A model generated the notes under the pieces. That model was not told the DNA's origin and searched no databases. It worked only from the letters and a program-made list of their open reading frames with translations. 64,000 nucleotides of DNA from Bacteroidota bacterium (GTDB lineage Bacteria > Bacteroidota > Bacteroidia > Cytophagales > Cyclobacteriaceae). The stretch lies in NCBI GenBank assembly GCA_051715445.1, contig JBPXJU010000023.1, positions 171,914 through 235,913 of the forward strand. The letters run 5' to 3'. The first letter of the stretch is position 1, and each line of letters begins with the position of its first letter. A program made the translations under genes and the position numbers. Positions 39,214-48,798 of this stretch are shown piece by piece.

Positions 39214-39320
39214 AACCAGTTTAGTTAGATGACGGTTAGAACAAAGTTAACATGCGGATTGAGGATTTAAGATAAGACTAAAATTCAAGTAACTTGTGTT
39301 GAATCAAAGAATCAAAAGCA

Positions 39321-39680
39321 ATGAAAAGACTAATGCTTCTCTTCACGATGTTTTTAACCGGCTTGCTGGCACACGCACAAACCGATAGTTTATTTATAGT
39401 ACCCTATACCACAGGTACAGCCTGGGATGTTGCCAAACAACCGCAGGAGCAACCGTGGTTCAAAGAACACTCAGCCAACTTATCGAAGTTGCGAAAGGAT
39501 GGCATAATTAAAGCCGGTGCCCGCTATGCCGACAAAGGAATTATTGTGATAGCCGCTAAAACAATGGCCTCAGCCAAAGAACTTATTTTTGCTGATGCCG
39601 CTGTGGTGAATAAACTTTTTGTTGCAGAAGTAGAGAAGTTGAATGTTTTTTATGAGGGCTGCCTGGAGCGACCAAAATGA
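39321..39680 (+). CDS. secreted YciI-like protein
   Basis: Signal peptide; EHSANL..L...G...AG, GIIVI, D.AV pattern. Confidence 0.6.
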   Translation: MKRLMLLFTMFLTGLLAHAQTDSLFIVPYTTGTAWDVAKQPQEQPWFKEHSANLSKLRKDGIIKAGARYADKGIIVIAAKTMASAKELIFADAAVVNKLFVAEVEKLNVFYEGCLERPK

Positions 39681-39695
39681 TGTTTACTTTGTAGC

Positions 39696-40505
39696 ATGAG
39701 TATTGAAAAGAAAATTGAAGTAAACGGAGTTAAGATCAGTTATCAGGAAGCGGGTTCGGCTACTGCATTGCCAATAGTTTTTATTCATGGGTTTCCATTT
39801 AACAAAACAATGTGGGCTGGCCAGTTAGCTGCATTTAAAGGGAACTATCGGCCAATAGCATTTGATGTTCGTGGGCATGGAAAGTCAGAAGCGGGTTCAG
39901 CTGATTTCAGTATGGATCTTTTTGCGGATGATCTGCTGGCATTTTTAGATACAATGAAAATTGAGAAAGCCGTTGTATGCGGACTTTCCATGGGTGGTTA
40001 CATTGCGCTTAACGCGATACAGAAACAACCCAATCGTTTTGCGGGGCTTATCTTAACCGATACGCAGTGCGGAGCGGATACACCCGAAGGCAAAGAAAAA
40101 CGCATGAAGACCATTGCCTTTATAAAGAAAAATGGATTAGAAGTTTATTCCGATGAATCGTTGAAGAACCTGCTTGCACCAGCTTCCTTTCAATCGCGGA
40201 AGGAAGAAGTAAAATTTATTCATCAAATTATTTTGAATACCCCGCCAGAGGTTGTGTGCAGAACGTTGCAGGCATTGGCCGATCGCACCGAAAGCTGTTC
40301 TTATTTGCCAAAGATTAAAGCTCCGGTTTGTGTAGTGGTGGGAAGTGAGGATAAGATTACACCACCGGCAGTAGCGCAAAAAATGGCAGCCGCTATTTCG
40401 GAGGCCCGGTTGGAGGTAATTGAAAACGCGGGCCACCTTACTAATCTGGAAGCACCCGAAGAATTTAATAAGCGGGTGTTGAAGTTTTTAACACACCTCC
40501 ATTAA
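39696..40505 (+). CDS. alpha/beta hydrolase (enol-lactonase-like)
   Basis: FIHGFP, DVRGHG, GLSMGG, GSED, AGH. Confidence 0.92.
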   Translation: MSIEKKIEVNGVKISYQEAGSATALPIVFIHGFPFNKTMWAGQLAAFKGNYRPIAFDVRGHGKSEAGSADFSMDLFADDLLAFLDTMKIEKAVVCGLSMGGYIALNAIQKQPNRFAGLILTDTQCGADTPEGKEKRMKTIAFIKKNGLEVYSDESLKNLLAPASFQSRKEEVKFIHQIILNTPPEVVCRTLQALADRTESCSYLPKIKAPVCVVVGSEDKITPPAVAQKMAAAISEARLEVIENAGHLTNLEAPEEFNKRVLKFLTHLH

Positions 40506-40535
40506 CTTATTCTACGCATAGTTTTTCATCACAAT

Positions 40536-41294
40536 CTAATAAGGCGATGGACTTACACTTGTCCACCCGCCATCTACAATTAACGTTTGCCCGGTAATAT
40601 GCCCGGCTTCAGGTGAAACCAAAAATAAAACTGCTGTTGCAATGTCGGCTGTAGAGGCTGGTTTACCGATGGGTGTTATCCGCGACCAGGTGCTTTCATA
40701 GTCTGCATCGCTCTTTGTTCGCTCCGTAGCCGTGGCTCCGGGGGCAACAGTATTTACGGTAATGTTATAAGGCGATAATTCAACCACAAGATTTTTGGCG
40801 AGCATTTCCAGTGCTGCTTTACTCATACCGTAAGCGGCCAGATTTTTATGCGCCTGATGTCCTGTTACAGACGACATAAATAAAATGCGGCCACCACTTT
40901 TCTGATCGCGCATTTGTGTTGCTGCACGTTGTGCCAGGAAAAAACTTCCGCCCAGGTTAAGGCGCATTACTTTAAAAAAATCATCGGGTGCATAGTCGAA
41001 GAAATCACCAAACAAGGTAATGCCGGCATTGGCAATCACCACGTCAACCTTGCCAAACGTAGTTACGGTTTCGTTCACCAGGTGGTTAATAAAGCTTACA
41101 TCGCTACAATCGCCACCCAGCGCAATGCAGTTTCCTTTTTCCTGTCGGATTTTTTGTGCAGCCTCTTCTGCCAGCGCAACTTCAATGTCATTTAGCACTA
41201 CCTGTGCACCTTCGGCCGCAAGCCTGCGGCAAATTTCCAAACCAATGCCTTGCCCGGCACCAGTAACAATCGCAACACGGTTTTTGAATCGCAT
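40536..41294 (-). CDS. SDR family oxidoreductase
   Basis: TGAGQGIG, NAG, YGMSK, NTVAPG, VDGG. Confidence 0.95.
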   Translation of the reverse strand: MRFKNRVAIVTGAGQGIGLEICRRLAAEGAQVVLNDIEVALAEEAAQKIRQEKGNCIALGGDCSDVSFINHLVNETVTTFGKVDVVIANAGITLFGDFFDYAPDDFFKVMRLNLGGSFFLAQRAATQMRDQKSGGRILFMSSVTGHQAHKNLAAYGMSKAALEMLAKNLVVELSPYNITVNTVAPGATATERTKSDADYESTWSRITPIGKPASTADIATAVLFLVSPEAGHITGQTLIVDGGWTSVSPSPY

Positions 41295-41399
41295 TTTGCT
41301 ATCAGGTTAGAGTGAACGTACAAGTGGATGTTACGCAAGGCACCATTTTCATGTCGGATTTGGACAAACTGACAACCCTGATGTTTTGTGGAACATCAA

Positions 41400-41897
41400 T
41401 TACAATATAGTATTCTTATAGGCCTCCATCATCTCGTTATAGTTTTGTTTTTTGGCCATAGCGTTAACCACAGCCACCAATCGCCTGGTTTTGGTTTGCG
41501 ATGACCTGGCGTTTTCAATCCACGCGCTGTATAAATATTGCATGTAAGGGCTTAATGTTTTGAAAAATTCTGAAGCGGCCGGATCTTCCTTCAGGCATTG
41601 AAGCAGGTAGCGCGAAATTTTTGGCTTGCTTTCATCCACTTCCATCTCAATTGTAATTTTATCACCAGCTTTTTTGCCGGTGCCTTTGCGCATGGTGGCA
41701 TTTACAGGCAGTAAGAAATTGCCATTACCCATCGACATAAGCGAAGTTCTTTCAAAAGTAAAAGCATCTAACCGACCCTTAACCCGAAAGGCCTTCTTAC
41801 CCGGCTTCAATTTGTTAGCCTGGGCTGAAGATACGATCACATAAGTCCACCCACCCGGTTTATTTTGTTTCTGAAGTTTGGCTGTAAACCGAATCAC
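41400..41897 (-). CDS. DUF1905 + YdeI/OmdA domain protein
   Basis: GGWTYV, VKG.LD, LLPVNATMRK, F..LS......Y..WI..A....T..RR. Confidence 0.8.
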   Translation of the reverse strand: MIRFTAKLQKQNKPGGWTYVIVSSAQANKLKPGKKAFRVKGRLDAFTFERTSLMSMGNGNFLLPVNATMRKGTGKKAGDKITIEMEVDESKPKISRYLLQCLKEDPAASEFFKTLSPYMQYLYSAWIENARSSQTKTRRLVAVVNAMAKKQNYNEMMEAYKNTIL

Positions 41898-41900
41898 AAA

Positions 41901-43688
41901 TCAAATGGTTTTCATTAATTCAGCACGGTATTCGGTAAGGATGCGCGCTTTGGAAAGAAAGCCGAGGTACTGTTTATCTTTTACGACAGGCAGATTCCAT
42001 TGTCGCGTTTCATCAAACTTTTTCAGAATAACTGAAATACTGTCGTTAAAATCTACTGCGTGGGCTTCCGTCATCAGGTCTTTTGCAAAAGTGGTATCGT
42101 AAAGTTTGTTGTTGAAGATGATTTCGCGCACATGATCCAGATGCACTACACCCACCAACTCACCTTCGCGTGTTACCACCGGAAATGTGTTTCGTTTGGA
42201 GATTGAAATAACGCGAACCAGTAAACGCAAACTATCATTGGGGCGGATGGCCGAAAAATTTTGTTCCAGTAGATCCTGCAGATTGAGTTTGCTTAACAGA
42301 ATCTGATCGCGGTTATCGGCAGTAATATTAAGTAACCGCGAAAGTTTTTTTCCTTCCATAGAAAGCGGCTCGAAGTTTCGGGCTATGGCCAGACTTAATG
42401 CCGCAACAATCATGAGCGGAATAATCAGATCATAGCCTCCGGTTATTTCGGCAATCAGGAATATCGCGCAAAGCGGAGCATAGAAGATTCCACTTAGAAT
42501 ACCGGCCATGGCTACCAATGTAAAATTGGTTTCAGGTATTTGTGCAATGCCCGTCAGGTTAATCAACCGTGCAAACGCAAACCCCAGGTATGCTCCTACA
42601 AAAAGTGAAGGCCCGAAGTTGCCCCCGTTACCACCACTACCCAACGTTAACCCAACAGCCAATACTTTAATGAGCACAAGCGCACCAATGAACATTAAAA
42701 TGGTATAATCATTTTGCAGGTACTGGTAAATGATGCTCCCGTTTGCAACTTCAAGCGGTTTAAGGTTGGCCAGCATTTTTATACTCTGGTATCCTTCGCC
42801 AAACAGCGATGGGAAGAACAGGAGTAACACTGCCAATGCAAGTCCTCCTAGAATTATTTTCGTACGATTATTACTGCGGGCCGCAAAAAATTTCTCAGTG
42901 CGTTCTAACGTTCGCGCATAAAACAGCGACACCAATCCGGCCAGCAAGCCAAGTATAATGTAGAAATGAATGTTATGATAGTTGAAAGGTGCTTGCAGCG
43001 AGAAGGAAAGAATAATTCCTTCAGCTAAAATAATTTTAGAAAGCAACGCCCCGGTGGCAGCTGCAATGATAATAGGGATGAAGGCGCCAACGGTAACATC
43101 GGTTAATAATACTTCAATGGCAAATAATACTCCGGCAACAGGTGCATTAAAGGCCGCAGCAATACCGGCTGCTGCTCCGCAAGCCAGTAAAATGGTGCGG
43201 TCTTTATAAGGAAGATGGAAGTAGCTGCTGTAATTTGATCCGATAGCCGAACCCGTACTGACCATGGGCGACTCCAGTCCGACAGAACCACCGAAGCCAA
43301 CCGTTAAGGCACTGGTAATAATATGCGAGTAGGTTTGGCTTACCGGAAGTTTGGCCGATTTACGGGCAATAGAATAACCAATTTCAGCACTGCCTTTTTT
43401 GAAGTTACCCTTCAAACCAAATTTGATATAGATCACGGTTAGGGTAATACCAACAACCGGAAAAAGCGCGAAGAGGTAAAACTGCTCGTAGGTGGTAGCA
43501 TAATGATTAACCCAAACGCCAATGGTATGCACAAAAAACTTAAGTACAATTGCTGCCAGTGCTGAGAGTATGCCCACCAAAACACACGAGAGCATAAAAA
43601 ACTGGCGGGGTGATAACCGGTTGCGAGCAATAAAGAACAACTGCTTCAGGGTACGAAAAATAAACCGCTCGGTTTTGTGAGATTGCAT
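41901..43688 (-). CDS. ClC family chloride channel/transporter with CBS pair
   Basis: GSVGLESP, AAAFNAPVAGVLFAIE, GGNGGNFGPSLF, C-terminal CBS domains. Confidence 0.93.
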   Translation of the reverse strand: MQSHKTERFIFRTLKQLFFIARNRLSPRQFFMLSCVLVGILSALAAIVLKFFVHTIGVWVNHYATTYEQFYLFALFPVVGITLTVIYIKFGLKGNFKKGSAEIGYSIARKSAKLPVSQTYSHIITSALTVGFGGSVGLESPMVSTGSAIGSNYSSYFHLPYKDRTILLACGAAAGIAAAFNAPVAGVLFAIEVLLTDVTVGAFIPIIIAAATGALLSKIILAEGIILSFSLQAPFNYHNIHFYIILGLLAGLVSLFYARTLERTEKFFAARSNNRTKIILGGLALAVLLLFFPSLFGEGYQSIKMLANLKPLEVANGSIIYQYLQNDYTILMFIGALVLIKVLAVGLTLGSGGNGGNFGPSLFVGAYLGFAFARLINLTGIAQIPETNFTLVAMAGILSGIFYAPLCAIFLIAEITGGYDLIIPLMIVAALSLAIARNFEPLSMEGKKLSRLLNITADNRDQILLSKLNLQDLLEQNFSAIRPNDSLRLLVRVISISKRNTFPVVTREGELVGVVHLDHVREIIFNNKLYDTTFAKDLMTEAHAVDFNDSISVILKKFDETRQWNLPVVKDKQYLGFLSKARILTEYRAELMKTI

Positions 43689-43799
43689 GGTGCAAATTAA
43701 AAAGCCTTTGTTAAAAACAGGGTATTCATAAAGAATGATTTAGTGTGTGAAACTTAATTCTTTGTAATGTTGTATAAACAATAATTGAGTTTGTAAATA

Positions 43800-44255
43800 A
43801 TGTCGTTAGAATCTGAAATAAAGCAGTCCCGGTTTCAAAGTGAACATCAGAAGGCCGCCATCAATGTGTTGCTTACCGGCAATTGGTTGTACCATCAGAA
43901 TGCACTTTTTTTAAAACCATTTGGACTTACACCCGAGCAGTTTAATGTGTTGCGGATTTTACGCGGCAACAATTCCAAACCGATGATGCTTTTAGACATT
44001 ACCGAAAGGATGATTGATAAAAGCAGCAACTGCACACGGTTGGTTGAAAAACTACGGCAAAAAGGTTGGGTTAAACGCGAAATCTGTGCAACCAATCGCA
44101 GGCAGGTAGATATAATTATAACCCCAAAAGGCCTTGCTGTTTTAACCAGGATAGATGCAGCTATTTCTCAGAATCCGTTTCAACACTTGCAAACCCGATT
44201 AACAAGGACAGAAGCCTCAGAACTTAATAGACTTTTAGATAAGGTTCGCGGTTAA
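43800..44255 (+). CDS. MarR family regulator
   Basis: LTPEQFNVLRILRG, SNCTRLVEKL, DRR-like NRRQV.I.IT.KG. Confidence 0.92.
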   Translation: MSLESEIKQSRFQSEHQKAAINVLLTGNWLYHQNALFLKPFGLTPEQFNVLRILRGNNSKPMMLLDITERMIDKSSNCTRLVEKLRQKGWVKREICATNRRQVDIIITPKGLAVLTRIDAAISQNPFQHLQTRLTRTEASELNRLLDKVRG

Positions 44256-44606
44256 TTCGAATCGTGGTTTTAGCAAACCCAGAATTTTATTTGGCCAAAT
44301 TCCAATACTTAAGAATTTATTAAAATAATTATGCAATCGGTTGATATTGCATTTTTACCCCTCTGAACAGGGTCATTACCCTCTGATTTTTCCATTTTGT
44401 TAAGGTATCGTTAAAATTTAGCCATGATTTTCAAAAATCATTATGATTTTTTTAAAACAGGCTTGTATTTAACCCTTCCGTAATCGGATTCTATAAAAAA
44501 TATTTAAAACTGGGTTAAAAATTACCATCAGGTTTGGATTCTTGTGCTTGTAATCCTAAAAAGAAACCTAAACCCAACCCTCAAATAACCCTAACCCATT
44601 TCACTT

Positions 44607-45932
44607 ATGATTGAAGTTTTATCTGATTCTACCGTACTCGACCCGGGCACGGCCGCAGCCCTGGCCGATTCTCTTCAGGTTCTCTCTGCGCGTATTACCG
44701 CAGCACAGAACACTGCGGCATTTACTACTAACAATGTGTGGATGATTCTTTCAGCCGCACTCGTATTTATTATGTCGCTTGGTTTTGCCTGCGTGGAGTC
44801 GGGTTTTACCCAGGCAAAAAACACGGTTAATATCCTGTTCAAAAATACAGTAGATACTGCCATTGGTATTGTGGTGTTTGCCTTGTTTGGTTTTGCCCTG
44901 ATGTACCCCGGCACATTTAACGGCTGGTTTGGCTTTGCCGGTTTTGGATTAAGCACCCCCGAAGGTTACGAACCTATTGCTTATGCCGGTGGTAAGTATA
45001 CCTACTGGACCGATTTTCTTTTTCAGGCTGTGTTTTGTGCTACTGCCGGTACAATTGTATCGGGCGCTGTAGCTGAACGTATTAAAATCAGTGCATACTT
45101 TATCTTCACACTTTTCCTTACGGGATTAATCTATCCGATTTTAGGAAGTTGGAAGTGGGGTGGCGGCTGGCTGAATGAATATGGTTTTTATGACTTTGCA
45201 GGTTCAACTATTGTACACTCAGTAGGTGGTTGGGCGGCATTGGCCGGAGTAATAGTATTAGGCCCTCGTCTGGGTAAATACGATAATGGTTCCCCTAAAA
45301 CTTTTGCTAACTCTTCTGTACCACTTGCTGTAATTGGTGTGTTCCTGTTGTGGCTGGGTTGGTTCGGATTTAATGGTGGTTCTGTACTATCGGCAGATCC
45401 TGAATTAATCTCATTGGTGTGCGTAACTACTGCACTCGCTGCTTGTACCGGTGGCATTGGCGGTATGATTGGTGGATTGATTGCCTTTAAACGCCTTGAT
45501 CTGGGTATGGTACTAAACGGTATTCTTGCCGGCCTGGTAGGTATTACTGCCGGAGCCGATCAGATGTCTCCCAACGAAGCCATATTCATTGGTCTGCTTT
45601 GCGGAACGGTAGTAGTGTTTGCAGTTATCTTTTTTGATAAAGCTAAAATCGATGATCCTGTGGGTGCCATCTCGGTGCATCTGGTGTGTGGTATCATCGG
45701 TACACTTGCTGTTGGTGCATTGGGAAAACTAGCCGGTGGTGAACAATTCGTAAAACAATTAGTAGGCGTTGCTGCCTATGGTGGCGGAGCCTTTGTGGGT
45801 TCGCTGCTTGTATTCTTTATTCTTAATAAGGTAATGAAAGGTGGTATTCGGGTATCGGCTCAGCACGAGAAAGAAGGCTTGGATAGCCATGAGCATGGTA
45901 TGCGTGGATACACTATTACCTATGAAGAATAA
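44607..45932 (+). CDS. amt: ammonium transporter
   Basis: FQAVF, SGAVAER, DFAGSTIVH, GWFGFNGGS, DDPVGAISVH (twin His). Confidence 0.97.
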   Translation: MIEVLSDSTVLDPGTAAALADSLQVLSARITAAQNTAAFTTNNVWMILSAALVFIMSLGFACVESGFTQAKNTVNILFKNTVDTAIGIVVFALFGFALMYPGTFNGWFGFAGFGLSTPEGYEPIAYAGGKYTYWTDFLFQAVFCATAGTIVSGAVAERIKISAYFIFTLFLTGLIYPILGSWKWGGGWLNEYGFYDFAGSTIVHSVGGWAALAGVIVLGPRLGKYDNGSPKTFANSSVPLAVIGVFLLWLGWFGFNGGSVLSADPELISLVCVTTALAACTGGIGGMIGGLIAFKRLDLGMVLNGILAGLVGITAGADQMSPNEAIFIGLLCGTVVVFAVIFFDKAKIDDPVGAISVHLVCGIIGTLAVGALGKLAGGEQFVKQLVGVAAYGGGAFVGSLLVFFILNKVMKGGIRVSAQHEKEGLDSHEHGMRGYTITYEE

Positions 45933-45942
45933 ATAAAAATAA

Positions 45943-46055
45943 TTGCCATGCAATGCAAGTTGGCCAGGCGGGCCACTTGCTAGCGCGGCAAAAAAAACAC
46001 CAGGAAGTCTCAGCTGATAATTGCAGTCATCCACTGAGAATCTCCCTGGCCATTG
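45943..46055 (+). ncRNA. candidate structured intercistronic RNA
   Basis: Two GC-rich stems plus an exact 8-nt cross-complementarity (see findings); no known family recognised. Confidence 0.3.
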
Positions 46056-46079
46056 TAAAAAATTACAACCCTCAAAATT

Positions 46080-47351
46080 ATGAAAAACCCTATAAGCGTA
46101 TTGTCCTTATTGGCAATTATTACATTATCGGTAAATGCAGTTGCACAGGAAACACCCGTGTATGCATCGGCCAACACAAACGATAAAGAGAAGAAGAAAA
46201 AAGAAGAGCAGAAAAACGAGGAGATGAAAACAACTGATCAAAAAGAAGAGGAAGAAGAACCAACCTTTACACTGTCAGGATCAATTGATACCTATTTTCA
46301 CTCTTCATTTGGTTACCGTAATGGTGGCACTGTTGCACCCTCAACATCATTTGCAAATTTAAAGGGCTTCTCTTTGGGAATGGCAAATTTGATTGCTTCT
46401 TATAACGGAGAAAAATCAGGCTTTGTAGCAGATTTGGTTTTTGGGCCACGGGGATCTGATGCGGTTTTTAATTCAGGAATTGGATCTTATACAAACCTTG
46501 CTGGTGGAAGCAGTGGCCAGATCGTTAATCAATTGTATGGTTATTATAAATTCAATGATAAGGTTACGCTTAACCTCGGGCAGTTCAATACATTTCTAGG
46601 TTACGAAGTAATCTCGCCTGCGGTTAACTTTCATTACTCTACCTCATATCTCTTTTCTTGGGGGCCTTTCAATCACACCGGTGCGCGTTTGGATATAGCT
46701 GGTGAAAATGGATTGGTTGCCAAATTGGCGGTTATGAACCCAACAGATTTTCTTGAATTCAATCCGGTAAATACCTATACAGTGGGCGCTCAGATTGGTA
46801 AAACATCGGATGCCGGTGGCGTATGGTTAAACTTTTTGTATGGCGATCAGGATGGTACTTTGAATGAGGATGATGGTAGCTTAGGTACTGGCGATAGCTC
46901 TTTGGGAAGTTTATTTCAGGGAGATATTACGCTTGGTTATAATTTAAGTGAGAAGTTCTACTTAGGTTTTAATACTTCTTTCCAAACCGTGGCCGCTGGT
47001 GAAGAAGTTGATGCAGGTGGAGACATTGTAGATATTGATGCTGATGCCTCTTCTTTCTTTGGTGTAGCAGTCTATCCAAAAGTTACCGTTTCCGAAACTT
47101 TCGCCTTAGGGCTACGTGCTGAGTATTTCGCAATCAAAAATTACCACCTGCCATTGTTTGGCCTTGATGATGAAGGCAACGGAAATGTAATAGAGTTTAC
47201 ATTATCCGGAAATTATAAAGTGGGTGGCTTTACGTTCATTCCTGAATTGCGTGTGGATATGACTTCAGAGAATTCTTTTAATAAAGAGTTTGATGCTGTA
47301 GATAAAAAATTGCTACCAACCCTTAACCTGGCAGCTGTCTATAAATTTTAA
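46080..47351 (+). CDS. outer membrane beta-barrel porin (BBP2/OmpL-like)
   Basis: Signal peptide; GSIDTYF, GQFNTFLGYEVISP..N..YSTSYLFS.GPF.HTG; C-terminal YKF. Confidence 0.85.
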   Translation: MKNPISVLSLLAIITLSVNAVAQETPVYASANTNDKEKKKKEEQKNEEMKTTDQKEEEEEPTFTLSGSIDTYFHSSFGYRNGGTVAPSTSFANLKGFSLGMANLIASYNGEKSGFVADLVFGPRGSDAVFNSGIGSYTNLAGGSSGQIVNQLYGYYKFNDKVTLNLGQFNTFLGYEVISPAVNFHYSTSYLFSWGPFNHTGARLDIAGENGLVAKLAVMNPTDFLEFNPVNTYTVGAQIGKTSDAGGVWLNFLYGDQDGTLNEDDGSLGTGDSSLGSLFQGDITLGYNLSEKFYLGFNTSFQTVAAGEEVDAGGDIVDIDADASSFFGVAVYPKVTVSETFALGLRAEYFAIKNYHLPLFGLDDEGNGNVIEFTLSGNYKVGGFTFIPELRVDMTSENSFNKEFDAVDKKLLPTLNLAAVYKF

Positions 47352-47378
47352 ATCAATCCATAACAAACAAAACTACCT

Positions 47379-48437
47379 ATGTCAAAATCAAAACTTGAGT
47401 ACATCTGGCTGGATGGATACGCACCCACCCAAAGCCTGCGCAGTAAAACCAAAATTGTTAAAAACTTTAATGGCACATTAGAAGATTGTCCCATGTGGTC
47501 GTTCGATGGAAGTTCTACCGAACAGGCACCTGGTGGTTCAAGCGATTGTTTGCTCGAACCGGTAGCCATATTTCCAGATCCCGCAAGGAAAGATGCATAC
47601 CTGGTAATGTGCGAAGTATTAAGTCCCGATGGCACCCCACATCCAACAAACGGCCGCGCTACAATTGAAGATGACGACCGCGACTTCTGGTTTGGGTTTG
47701 AACAGGAGTACTTCCTGTGGGACCCGGGCACTAATAAACCCCTCGGGTTTCCGGAGAATGGATACCCTGCACCACAAGGTCCGTACTATTGCTCTGTGGG
47801 TGCAAAGAATGCATTCGGTCGTTCTATTGTAGAAGAGCATCTTGATTATTGTTTGGCTGCGGGCATTAACGTAGAAGGCATCAATGCCGAAGTAGCACCA
47901 GGCCAATGGGAGTTTCAGATTTTTGCAAAAGGTGCAAAAGAGGCAGGCGATCAGGTGTGGGTAGCGCGTTACCTGCTGGAGCGCACGGCCGAAAAGTATG
48001 GTGTAGCTATTAATTGGCATTGCAAACCATTAGGAGCAACCGATTGGAATGGCTCAGGTATGCATGCCAACTTCTCTAACTCGTTGTTGCGCGAGGCCGG
48101 TTCGAAAGATACTTACGATATGGTGTGCAACGCATTTGCCCCGTATGTAAAAGAACATATTGCTGTGTACGGTGCCGATAACCACCTGCGCTTAACCGGC
48201 AAACACGAAACCCAAAGCATCGATAAATTTTCTTATGGTATTTCCGATAGGGGCGCCTCTATCCGCATTCCGATTGCCACCGTTGAAAACGGATGGAAAG
48301 GATGGCTGGAAGATCGCAGACCCAACTCGGCAGCCGACCCTTACAAAGTTGCAGCCCGCATCATCACCACGGTGAAAACTGCGGATAAACTGGAACCAGT
48401 ATTGGTTAGCATGAACGGTAACGGAAAAGGGAGGTAG
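47379..48437 (+). CDS. glnII: glutamine synthetase type II
   Basis: LEYIWLDG, WSFDGSST, FGFEQEY, GINAEVAPGQWEFQI, DWNGSGMHANFS, RGASIRIP, LEDRRP. Confidence 0.95.
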   Translation: MSKSKLEYIWLDGYAPTQSLRSKTKIVKNFNGTLEDCPMWSFDGSSTEQAPGGSSDCLLEPVAIFPDPARKDAYLVMCEVLSPDGTPHPTNGRATIEDDDRDFWFGFEQEYFLWDPGTNKPLGFPENGYPAPQGPYYCSVGAKNAFGRSIVEEHLDYCLAAGINVEGINAEVAPGQWEFQIFAKGAKEAGDQVWVARYLLERTAEKYGVAINWHCKPLGATDWNGSGMHANFSNSLLREAGSKDTYDMVCNAFAPYVKEHIAVYGADNHLRLTGKHETQSIDKFSYGISDRGASIRIPIATVENGWKGWLEDRRPNSAADPYKVAARIITTVKTADKLEPVLVSMNGNGKGR

Positions 48438-48457
48438 ACTTTTCCGTGTGTGAAGTG

Positions 48458-48487
48458 AAAAGGGGAAGCGTAAGCTTCTCCTTTTTT
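48458..48487 (+). terminator. intrinsic terminator after glnII
   Basis: AAAAGGGGAAGC-GTAA-GCTTCTCCTTTTTT. Confidence 0.85.
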
Positions 48488-48798
48488 ATTTCTGCGCAAA
48501 TGCACCTAAATCAATTATTAGAAAAGTATTAGAAATCGATTTTTTGACAGTTTTTCGCTTTATATGGTTTTTGAGCTTTTGAAATAAAAATCAGCGTGTT
48601 TTTAAACTGCACCGGGCAGTGTTATGATCTGTGTTAAATACCAACCAATAGGGTTCCCACAAAGGAGGGTTTTAAAAACACCCCCGCTTAGTTTTTTGAA
48701 AATTACTATCGGAGGCATCAAATCCACATGCCATGCAGTGTATGCTTTTGCCATAGGTTTTCAAGTTAAATTGGTAGAAACATAAATCAGAATTTACC

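Noticed and set aside
38506-41897. tRNA-Val as an integration site for the accessory-looking genes downstream
   Set aside because: There is no integrase, no repeat of the tRNA 3' end and no mobile genes; a terminator directly follows the tRNA.
48488-48798. 310-bp gap as a possible ncRNA or sigma-54 promoter
   Set aside because: Only short weak stems are present; there are no tmRNA, RNase P, SRP or 6S hallmarks, and TGGCATG..TTGA is mis-spaced and faces the wrong way.
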